Shown here piece by piece: positions 38,052 through 46,758 of a DNA stretch of 64,000 nt. This DNA is from an uncultured Clostridiaceae bacterium (GTDB lineage: Bacteria; Bacillota; Clostridia; CAYPLH01; DUMO01). The stretch covers positions 2,954 to 66,953 of the forward strand of contig CAYPLH010000004.1 in the NCBI GenBank assembly GCA_964411505.1. Direction: 5' to 3'. Within the stretch, counting starts at the first letter, position 1. Each line of letters starts with the position of its first letter. Under the pieces are notes generated by a model that was not told the DNA's origin, ran no database searches, and saw only the letters and a list, made by a program, of their open reading frames with translations. A program made the translations under genes and the position numbers.

Positions 38052-39263
38052 ATGTCAAAACTGATAATTAGGGATGTAAAGGCAATATGTACAGCACCCG
38101 CAGGTATTAATCTTGTCGTTGTTAAAGTTGAAACCTCTGAACCCGGGCTGTATGGTCTGGGCTGTGCTACGTTTACACAGCGGTATTTGGTAGTTCGATC
38201 TGCAATAGAGGACTATCTGAAACCATTCCTAATAGGAAAGGATCCCCAGAGGATAGAAGACATCTGGCAAACTTCAATGGTCAGCTCATATTGGAGAAAT
38301 GGCCCTGTGCTTAATAATGCCATTTCGGGTGTTGATATGGCACTATGGGATATAAAGGGAAAGCTTGCCAATATGCCGGTTTACCAGCTATTAGGGGGGA
38401 AATGCCGGGAAGCTGCTGCTGTTTATTGCCATGTTAATGGTTGCGATAAGGTTGAGGTTGAGGAAAATGTACATGCTAGAATGGAGCAAGGTTATAGGTT
38501 TATACGCTGTCAGTTGGGTGGGTATGGCGGTTCTAACCAAAAGATCGTAAGCCCTGAAAATGCTCTGCCGGGCGCTTACTTTAATCCAGTTGAATATTCA
38601 CAGAAAATACCTGCACTTTTTGAACATCTCAGAAAAAAGTTGGGTTTTGAGATTGAATTAATTCACGATATACATGAGAGACTCACGCCTATCCAGGCTG
38701 TTCATCTGGCTAAACAAATGGAACAGTATCGACTCTTTTACCTCGAAGATCCACTGGCCCCGGAACAGCTCCAATGGTTTGAAATGATAAGGCGTCAGTG
38801 TGCAACTCCTTTAGCAATGGGTGAGCTTTTTGTCAACTCAAATGAATGGAATGTTCTAATAACAAACCGTTTGATTGACTATATACGGGTACATGTAAGT
38901 ATGATAGGGGGGTTGACTCCCGCTAGGAAGTTAGCTGCATTTTGCGAGGCTTTTAGTGTACGTACCGCTTGGCATGGGCCTGGTGATATTTCGCCTGTCG
39001 GGCATGCTGCAAATATTCACCTTGATGTAAGTTGTCCAAACTTTGGTATTCAGGAAATCTGGATAAATTCAATAGAAGACGAAAGAATAAAGGAAGTTTT
39101 CCCCGGATGTCCTGAAGTGAGGGATGGTTATGTGTATCCGAGCGATAAGCCGGGTCTTGGTGTTGACATTAATGAGAAAAAAGCCAGCTTATATCTTTGT
39201 CATAATGATTTGCCTAAATGGACGCTGACACGCACGCCGGATGGTACTTCAGTGCGCCCATAA
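38052..39263 (+). CDS. Enolase-superfamily dehydratase of the D-mannonate dehydratase (ManD) subgroup
   Basis: The N-terminal region VVVKVETSEPGLYGLGCATF...IGKDPQRIEDIWQ...GVDMALWDIKGKLANMPVYQLLGG closely follows the ManD pattern. The metal ligands lie in HDIHERL, YLEDP and MGELF. ATG 38052 follows AAAGGAG. Confidence 0.85.
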   Translation: MSKLIIRDVKAICTAPAGINLVVVKVETSEPGLYGLGCATFTQRYLVVRSAIEDYLKPFLIGKDPQRIEDIWQTSMVSSYWRNGPVLNNAISGVDMALWDIKGKLANMPVYQLLGGKCREAAAVYCHVNGCDKVEVEENVHARMEQGYRFIRCQLGGYGGSNQKIVSPENALPGAYFNPVEYSQKIPALFEHLRKKLGFEIELIHDIHERLTPIQAVHLAKQMEQYRLFYLEDPLAPEQLQWFEMIRRQCATPLAMGELFVNSNEWNVLITNRLIDYIRVHVSMIGGLTPARKLAAFCEAFSVRTAWHGPGDISPVGHAANIHLDVSCPNFGIQEIWINSIEDERIKEVFPGCPEVRDGYVYPSDKPGLGVDINEKKASLYLCHNDLPKWTLTRTPDGTSVRP

Positions 39264-39561
39264 AATTAAAAATCGGATGTCTATCAGTCTGATTTGAACC
39301 TGTGTGAGTTTTTAGCACTTGAGCACTTGAAATTCTTTATTAAAAGTGTTAAATTCTTACTGTTTGCATGATGAATCATGAATTGAAGGGTAAAAATCTT
39401 ACTTTTTGGATAGCAATGAAGGGATTGCAACTTGAATCACATCTTAGGCAATAGTAATGTGTAATCGCGGTAGGTATTTTGTTTAGGCACTTTGCTTTGT
39501 AATAATTAGTACATAATCAAGAGGTAAATTTGTTTTATAAAGTGATGCTCGGGAGGAATTT

Positions 39562-42495
39562 ATGTTAAAAAGAGCTTTGAGAGGAATAGCTACAACATTA
39601 TGTATTGTTATAACCAGTACTATAGTGACATCGGCGACTAATGTTGATGATTTGCCGTTGAAAGAAAAGTATATGTATGAATCAGGAATCAATTCTGCTG
39701 AAGAATATTCCGGATGGATGAAATACCCATACTATGCATCTGTAGAGAATGAGTATAAAGAAAATGGTTATAAGAGTGCGAGTGGAAAAGATATCTTAGT
39801 AACTGCTCAGAACACTAAGGTGGCTGAACAAAATATTTTGGATTTACAAAAACATATACACAACAAAAGTGAATCAGTATATATATGGGAAGAAAAAGAT
39901 CAATGGGCTGAATGGGAGTTTGATGTAATTACTGAAGGTCTCTATGAGATAGAAATAGAGTATTTCATGTTTTCGGGTATGGGGAATCCAGCTGTACGTT
40001 CACTGATTGTAGACGGAAGAATCCCATTTATTGAAGCTGGAAGTATTATGTTCCAAACGTTCTGGAAGGACATTGGAGATCCGATTGTTAATAGCATTGG
40101 GGATGAAGTAAGACCTAGTCAGGTCGAGGTACCCGGGTGGAGGAAGGTTCGACTTACTGATAGCTCAGGCTTTTATTCCACTCCCTTTCGTTTTTATTTC
40201 ACTCCAGGCAAGCATACTATACGCATGGAGTATATTGATCAATCCATGGCAATATCCACAGTATCCCTCGTTCCTGCCAGAAATACTCCTACCTATCAGG
40301 AAGTGGAGGAACTTTACAAGGATAAAGGTTATAAGGAAGTAAACAACTCAAAGGAGTTTGAGGCTGAGAGCACAGTAATAGAAAAAAGTGATCCTACCAT
40401 TCGGAGGGAAACCAATGGAGACCCTTCTGTAAGACCTGTTTCATACATGTATCGTAAACTCAATGTTATGGGGGGTTATAGGTGGAGACGGGGAAATCAG
40501 TCAATAACCTGGGAATTTACTGTACCGGAGGACGGATTATATAAAATCGCTATCCGCGAACAACAGGTGTGGAACGACGGATTGCCATCATTCCGACAAA
40601 TTGCTATTGACGGAGAAGTTCCGTTTAAAGAATTTGAAGCATATAGCTTTTCTTATGAAAGGGATTGGAAACTGGGAGTGTTGAATGATCACAATGGCAA
40701 ACCCTACCTTATATATCTAGACAAGGGCAGGCATACTCTCACCATGACTGTAAAAATGGGTGCCCTTACACCAGTTATACAATCCATAAATGACGACAAT
40801 ATACTTTTATCCAACATGATGCGAGATATCTTAAAAATAACAGGCAGCAATCCTGACCCAAACTATGATTATGAGCTATTTAAGCTTGTTCCCACGTTGA
40901 AAGGGGACATGGAGACCATAATGGATAGTCTCCAGAAAAAGTATGATTACCTAAGAAAGATATCAGGTAAGCTTCCGGCTATGGCTAACAACTTCCTCAC
41001 TATCAAGAGTCAGCTTAGCAGTATGGTTAGGGATCCCTTCTCCATAGCAAGAAGAATGAATGATCTTAACAATGCTCAAAACAGCCTTGGCACATGGTAT
41101 CTCAACATACAGAATCAGCCTCTTTTGGTAGATTATTTTAAAGTAGGAGCTCCTAAAGAAGTATGGAAGGACATTAAGTCCAACATATTCCAAAAAGTAC
41201 GCTCCACCTTTGCCAATTATCTGATATCTTTTAGGAAGGACTATGATAACATAGGAAGTGTCTTGGAAGAAGATATACAGATCAAATCCATCATAAATGT
41301 CTGGATTTCCCGGGGTATAGAGTGGGCTGAGCTTATAAAGGAGATGGTAGACGAGGAGTTTACTCCCAATACAGGAATTATGGTTAACATAAATGTACTG
41401 CCTGCCAACCAGCTCCAAGCTGGCAATGTTAATGCTCTTATGCTATCCCTTGTATCAGGTCAAGCGCCGGATATAGGTCTTGGTCTAGATTCCGGCTCAC
41501 CAGTGGAATTTGCAATACGTGATGCAGCATATGACTTGAGTAAATTTAAAGACTATGAACAGGTAGCTGGACGGTTTATTAAAAACATAATGATCCCTTA
41601 CCAATACAGTGGAGGGGTGTATGCGCTGCCTGAGACTATGGACTTCCAGGTCTTGTTTTACAGGAAAGATATAATAAGTGATCTGGGGATCAAGGTTCCA
41701 GACACTAGGGAGGATTTGTACAACCATGTCCTTCCGATTTTATATCAGAATGGGCTTGAATTTAACTACCCTCAAGATTTTACACAGTTTCTGTTCCAAC
41801 ATGAGGGAGAATTCTATACATCCGATGGTATGAGATCAGCCCTTGACACAGAAGAGAGTTTCCGGGCTTTTCAGGAATTTACCGAATTATTTACCAGCTA
41901 TGGAATACCTGCGGTATCCAACTTTTACAACCGTATGAGAACAGGTGAGATGCCCATGGGGATTGGAGGGTATGGACTGTATATTCAGTTATCTGTAGCG
42001 GCTCCTGAACTTGCCGGAAAGTGGGGGATTGCGCCGCTTCCAGGAACCAGACGTCCTGATGGAATAGTAGATAGATCCAATGGTGCTCTGGCAGGACAAT
42101 GCGGCATAATCCTAAATCAGACAGATCATCCGGATGAGGCTTGGGAATTCCTTAAATGGTGGAGTAGCACATCGGTACAGACAAAATTTGCTCGGGAGCT
42201 TGAAGCTCTGATTGGAGCTGAGGCTCGTTGGAATTCAGCAAATATTGAAGCATTTACCAGACTTTCATGGAAAAAGGAAGATTTAGATGTCATACTTGAA
42301 CAATGGAAATGGGCAAGGGAAACACCGGTAGTCCTTGGAGGCTATTTCACTGGGAGACATGTAGCTAATGCATGGAACAGCACAGTTATAGGCGGAAGCA
42401 GTTTCAGGGATGCCCTGGAGAAGGCTGTTAAGGAAATCAATCGTGAGCTGCGGATGAAACAGGAAGAGTATGGCGTCGTGGATAATCAAAGATAA
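39562..42495 (+). CDS. Very large (977 aa) secreted ABC solute-binding protein with two N-terminal CBM-like beta-sandwich modules
   Basis: It has a signal peptide. The internal duplication is WAEWEFDVITEGLYEIEIEY...VDGRIPF versus ITWEFTVPEDGLYKIAIRE...IDGEVPF. The C-terminal ~430 aa is family-1 SBP-like and two permease genes follow. Confidence 0.8.
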   Translation: MLKRALRGIATTLCIVITSTIVTSATNVDDLPLKEKYMYESGINSAEEYSGWMKYPYYASVENEYKENGYKSASGKDILVTAQNTKVAEQNILDLQKHIHNKSESVYIWEEKDQWAEWEFDVITEGLYEIEIEYFMFSGMGNPAVRSLIVDGRIPFIEAGSIMFQTFWKDIGDPIVNSIGDEVRPSQVEVPGWRKVRLTDSSGFYSTPFRFYFTPGKHTIRMEYIDQSMAISTVSLVPARNTPTYQEVEELYKDKGYKEVNNSKEFEAESTVIEKSDPTIRRETNGDPSVRPVSYMYRKLNVMGGYRWRRGNQSITWEFTVPEDGLYKIAIREQQVWNDGLPSFRQIAIDGEVPFKEFEAYSFSYERDWKLGVLNDHNGKPYLIYLDKGRHTLTMTVKMGALTPVIQSINDDNILLSNMMRDILKITGSNPDPNYDYELFKLVPTLKGDMETIMDSLQKKYDYLRKISGKLPAMANNFLTIKSQLSSMVRDPFSIARRMNDLNNAQNSLGTWYLNIQNQPLLVDYFKVGAPKEVWKDIKSNIFQKVRSTFANYLISFRKDYDNIGSVLEEDIQIKSIINVWISRGIEWAELIKEMVDEEFTPNTGIMVNINVLPANQLQAGNVNALMLSLVSGQAPDIGLGLDSGSPVEFAIRDAAYDLSKFKDYEQVAGRFIKNIMIPYQYSGGVYALPETMDFQVLFYRKDIISDLGIKVPDTREDLYNHVLPILYQNGLEFNYPQDFTQFLFQHEGEFYTSDGMRSALDTEESFRAFQEFTELFTSYGIPAVSNFYNRMRTGEMPMGIGGYGLYIQLSVAAPELAGKWGIAPLPGTRRPDGIVDRSNGALAGQCGIILNQTDHPDEAWEFLKWWSSTSVQTKFARELEALIGAEARWNSANIEAFTRLSWKKEDLDVILEQWKWARETPVVLGGYFTGRHVANAWNSTVIGGSSFRDALEKAVKEINRELRMKQEEYGVVDNQR

Positions 42496-42501
42496 AGAAT
42501 T

Positions 42502-43434
42502 ATGTACAATGCACAGTTTAAGAGAGGGATGGTTATAGATATGGGGGTTAATGCGATTTCATTTATTAGGAAGCATTGGGTAGGATATCTTTTTCTCCTG
42601 CCGTTTGTACTCCTATTTGTAGTATTTGTTGTCATACCTGTTATAGTGGCACTTTTTACGAGTTTTACCAATTACAACATGCTGCAGGCACCTGAATTTG
42701 TGGGATTAACTAACTATAAACTGTTGTTTCTTGATGACAAGATATTTTTAACTGCACTGAGAAATACCTTGACTTTTTCCTTTATTACTGGTCCCATAGG
42801 TTACATTATGTCTTTTCTGGCAGCATGGACTATAAACCAGTTGAAAATGAGGAATGCATTTGCTCTGGCTTTTTATGCTCCTTCCATTACCAGTGGAATT
42901 GCAATGTCAGTGGTGTGGCTATATATCTTTTCGGGAGACAGGTATGGACTCATTAACAATATTTTGATCAACCTAGGATTTATTAGTGATCCAATCCTTT
43001 GGAATATGGATCCTAATTATATAATGAAGATCATAATATTAATATCAGTCTGGATGAGTACGGGAACAGGGTTTTTAGTCTTTCTCGCTGGTTTGCAGAA
43101 TGTGAGTAGAGAATATTATGAAGCTGGATCAATTGACGGAATTCAAAATAAATTCCAGGAGTTATATTACCTTACATTACCCATGGTCAAACCACAGTTG
43201 CTCTTTGGAGCCATAAATTCGATAGTAAATTCTTTTGGGGTGTTCGACATTGCAGTATCTGTAGCTGGAATGCCCAGCCCTAACTACGCTGGACATACCA
43301 TAGTAGCCCATCTTTATGACTATGCTTTTATTCGATTTCAGATGGGTTATGCATCGGCTATAGCCATAGTGCTTTTTCTTATGACATTCCTTTTAGGGCG
43401 TATAGTTATGAGGATTCTGGCAACTAGGGAATAG
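42502..43434 (+). CDS. Carbohydrate ABC transporter permease (MalF/UgpA-like)
   Basis: Six predicted TM segments and the EAA-loop region YYEAGSIDGIQNKFQELYYLTLPMVKP. Confidence 0.85.
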   Translation: MYNAQFKRGMVIDMGVNAISFIRKHWVGYLFLLPFVLLFVVFVVIPVIVALFTSFTNYNMLQAPEFVGLTNYKLLFLDDKIFLTALRNTLTFSFITGPIGYIMSFLAAWTINQLKMRNAFALAFYAPSITSGIAMSVVWLYIFSGDRYGLINNILINLGFISDPILWNMDPNYIMKIIILISVWMSTGTGFLVFLAGLQNVSREYYEAGSIDGIQNKFQELYYLTLPMVKPQLLFGAINSIVNSFGVFDIAVSVAGMPSPNYAGHTIVAHLYDYAFIRFQMGYASAIAIVLFLMTFLLGRIVMRILATRE

Positions 43435-43529
43435 GCTGGAAAGTAACTTTTTAAAAGAAAGCTGATTCTCCTCACAATTATGAAGAAATGATAGATATGG
43501 AGTAGGGACTTAAACAGGAGGCAAAAAAC

Positions 43530-44435
43530 ATGAAATATAGTCTTGTGACAAAAATATTTCCCCATGGGAAGCTACGTACAAAAAAGATTAAAATTATGCC
43601 TGGGCGAATAGTACTTTATACCTTTATGCTACTGCTGGTGGGCTTTACTGCGCTACCGCTAATATATATGGTAAGTACAGCTTTTAAGCCTTTGGACGAA
43701 TTGTTCCTTTTTCCACCGAGATACCTGGTAAGAAGACCTACCCTGCAAAATTTCTATGACCTTCTGATCTCCATGGGAAGTTCCACAGTGCCATTTACAA
43801 GGTTTATTTCTAACAGCGTATTTGTTACAACTATTACTGTATTCTGTACGGTTATTGTATCTGCTTTTGGAGCTTATGGGATAGTAAAGCACAAACCGCC
43901 GGGGTCAAAGCTCCTATTTAACTTTATAATAGCAGCACTTATGTTCTCTCCACATGTTACCCAGATTTCGAGGTATATGGTAGTCAATTACCTTGGGCTT
44001 GTAAATAGTTATTGGGCATTAATTATCACACATATAGCAGTGCCCTACAATTTTTTTCTGATGAAGCAGTTTACCGAGCAATTCCCTGATGAGCTTTTGG
44101 AATCGGCGCGGATTGAAGGTGCTAACGAATGGCGTGTCTTTTGGTCAATTGTTATGCCGGCTCTAACTCCTGCTTGGTCTACTCTTGTAGTGTTTTCCTT
44201 TGTAAGCAATTGGAATGACTATTTTACACCACTTATATATATTACCAGCCAGGTAAAAAAGACATTGCCTTTAGTACTGCAAACCATATCAGGAGGTCCT
44301 GCCACTATGGCTATTGGGCGTGCGGGGGCTGTTGCAGCAGCAACCTTCCTGATGACAGTGCCAACTGTTATTATATTTACCATTATGCAGTCAAAGGTTA
44401 TGGAAACCATGGTGCATTCGGGAATAAAAGGGTAA
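43530..44435 (+). CDS. Carbohydrate ABC transporter permease (MalG/UgpE-like)
   Basis: An AGGAGG RBS, the EAA loop LLESARIEGANEWRVFWSIVMPAL, and multiple TM segments. Confidence 0.85.
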   Translation: MKYSLVTKIFPHGKLRTKKIKIMPGRIVLYTFMLLLVGFTALPLIYMVSTAFKPLDELFLFPPRYLVRRPTLQNFYDLLISMGSSTVPFTRFISNSVFVTTITVFCTVIVSAFGAYGIVKHKPPGSKLLFNFIIAALMFSPHVTQISRYMVVNYLGLVNSYWALIITHIAVPYNFFLMKQFTEQFPDELLESARIEGANEWRVFWSIVMPALTPAWSTLVVFSFVSNWNDYFTPLIYITSQVKKTLPLVLQTISGGPATMAIGRAGAVAAATFLMTVPTVIIFTIMQSKVMETMVHSGIKG

Positions 44436-44488
44436 AGACAATTGAGAAATGGATTAGTGGTAAAGAATTGGGAATGGAGAATTTGATT

Positions 44489-46621
44489 ATGAAAAGGACT
44501 TTGGTGTTAATTTTTGTAATACTATTCATGCAAATATATATGGTATCACCGGTTATGGCAGCTGACCGAAATTATACCATACATGACGGAAGGCGTATGC
44601 CAATACCTGAAACATATACAGTCTGCAGAGTGATTAATAGTGTTGAAAACGGTGGCGAAGAAGCATTATATTTAAAGGAACCTGAGGATCTCTTCATAAA
44701 TTCACAGGGCTATCTCTTTATAGCTGATACGGGTAATAGTCGAATTGTTAAGCTGGATAAGGAAGGAAATCTTATGGGAATATACAATGGTCCAGCTGAC
44801 AAACCATTGAAATTTCCAAGCGGGGTGTATGCTGATGATATAGGGAATATGTACATTGCTGATACTGGAAATGCACGGATTTTACACCTATCACACACAG
44901 GTAAGTATGTAGAAGAGTTTATTAAACCTGAATCTCAACTGTTAGGGGAAAACTTCACTTTCGATCCTTCGAAAATTTATGTTAGCCCCACAGGTTTCAT
45001 TTATGTTGTTAAGGGTCAGACGATTCTCACACTAGACGCTCATAACCGTTTTAGGGGATATGTTGGGCAGTCGGAGATTGGTTTCAACCTCAAGGATTTG
45101 CTTCTTCGGATATTTGCATCTGACGAGCAAAAAAAAGTTGTCAGGAAAAGGATAGCTGCTCCTTATTTAAATATAACTATGGATAAAAAAGGTATGTTGT
45201 ATGCTACCAGTCTTGATACGCTAGAGGGTGAGATTAAAAAACTCAATTCTGTTGGTAATAACACCTACAGAAAATACGGAAAAGGAAAGAGTAAAATATT
45301 CAACTTCTCAACAATCTTTACAAAGCTCAGGCTTGATTCTACTATCTTTGCCTTCGGAGAGCGGATGAATGATGATGGTAACGCTATCAATCCTTTGTTT
45401 ATTGATATTGATGTAAATGAAGAGAGCATGGTAACAGTGGTTGAACAACAAACAGCAAAGGTTTACCAGTATGACCCTGAGGGTAACATCTTGACTGTAT
45501 TTGGAGGTAAAGGGGACCAAAAAGGGCGATTTAACGTACCAGCAGCATTAGCTGGTGATCAGGAGGGACGGATTTATGTCCTAGATCGGGTACTAGGAAA
45601 CATACAGGTCTTTGAACCAACAGAATTTATTAAAAAAGTTCACCATGCGGTAACAATGTATTCAACAGGTAAATACGATGAAGCCTATGAAAAATGGAAA
45701 GAGGTTCTTGCAGTTGACGAAAACTACCAATTGGCTCATCTTGGTATTGCCAACGTTTTGTATAAACAGGAAAACTGGGAAGCTGCTATGGATGAATATA
45801 AGATGGCAGATGACCGGATAGGGTATTCAAAAGCATATATTGAGTATAGATATGAAGTATTCAGGCAAAAGTTTACAGTGGTAATTTTAGTACTGGGGAC
45901 ATTTGCATTACTCGCGGTTCTTTATGTAACCAGCATCCGCCGTGTTTCGGAGCAAACTCTTATGGAATTTGGGGCAAAAGAGAATGAAAAAATTGGTACT
46001 GTTCAAGGATTGAAAATGTCCTTAGGAGTTGTATTTCATCCTGTGGAGACCTTTGAGGCCATTAAGAATGGACGCGGTAGGCTTAATTATATACCGGGTT
46101 TTATAATATTGTTCATGGTACTTCTAACGAGGCTATTTAACCTTTTCGTTGTACACTACCCACTAGCTGATGTGGATATCAGAGATTCAAATCTTCTTCT
46201 GGAAACTGTAAAATTGCTGCTACCTGTAGTAACATGGGTTGTCGCAAGCTTTGCTGTTACTACAATTTTAGATGGCGAATCAAAGTTCGGGGAGATATTT
46301 ATATCAGCTACTTACTGCATGATACCGTACATTCTGTTAACCATACCACTATCAATTTTATCAAGAATTCTTACAAGGGAGGAAGTTACCTTTTATGCTA
46401 TTTTAACCAATGGCACCTGGATATGGATCCTATTTCTTTTCTTTCTGAGTATGAAAATACTAAATGATTATAGGGTATTCAAAACAGCAGCAACCTGTAC
46501 TATAAGCGGAATAACAATGGTTCTTATATGGCTTGTATCATTGCTGGGCTATGTGCTTACAGGAAGAATATATCAGTTTGCTGAAGGAATAATTAATGAA
46601 ATTCGGATGATGTGGATGTAG
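44489..46621 (+). CDS. Signal peptide + NHL-repeat beta-propeller + TPR + C-terminal Yip1-type polytopic membrane domain
   Basis: NHL motifs are ADTGNSRIVKLDKEGN and ADTGNARILHLSHTGK. The TPR-like stretch is KYDEAYEKWKEVLAVDENYQLAHLGIANVLYKQENWEAAMDEY. The C-terminal five or so TM helices start with FHPVETFEAIKNG, as in Yip1 domains. Confidence 0.7.
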   Translation: MKRTLVLIFVILFMQIYMVSPVMAADRNYTIHDGRRMPIPETYTVCRVINSVENGGEEALYLKEPEDLFINSQGYLFIADTGNSRIVKLDKEGNLMGIYNGPADKPLKFPSGVYADDIGNMYIADTGNARILHLSHTGKYVEEFIKPESQLLGENFTFDPSKIYVSPTGFIYVVKGQTILTLDAHNRFRGYVGQSEIGFNLKDLLLRIFASDEQKKVVRKRIAAPYLNITMDKKGMLYATSLDTLEGEIKKLNSVGNNTYRKYGKGKSKIFNFSTIFTKLRLDSTIFAFGERMNDDGNAINPLFIDIDVNEESMVTVVEQQTAKVYQYDPEGNILTVFGGKGDQKGRFNVPAALAGDQEGRIYVLDRVLGNIQVFEPTEFIKKVHHAVTMYSTGKYDEAYEKWKEVLAVDENYQLAHLGIANVLYKQENWEAAMDEYKMADDRIGYSKAYIEYRYEVFRQKFTVVILVLGTFALLAVLYVTSIRRVSEQTLMEFGAKENEKIGTVQGLKMSLGVVFHPVETFEAIKNGRGRLNYIPGFIILFMVLLTRLFNLFVVHYPLADVDIRDSNLLLETVKLLLPVVTWVVASFAVTTILDGESKFGEIFISATYCMIPYILLTIPLSILSRILTREEVTFYAILTNGTWIWILFLFFLSMKILNDYRVFKTAATCTISGITMVLIWLVSLLGYVLTGRIYQFAEGIINEIRMMWM

Positions 46622-46758
46622 TGTCATACATGTGGAGAAGCATGGGAAGTTGCTCAAAAAGTTCTAGTAATTAATACATTAAATAAAGAAAGGTTTCTGG
46701 TTGAAGGAGATTGTTTTAATAATCTTGCTAAAGGAATGATAACAAGGAGATATAAGAT

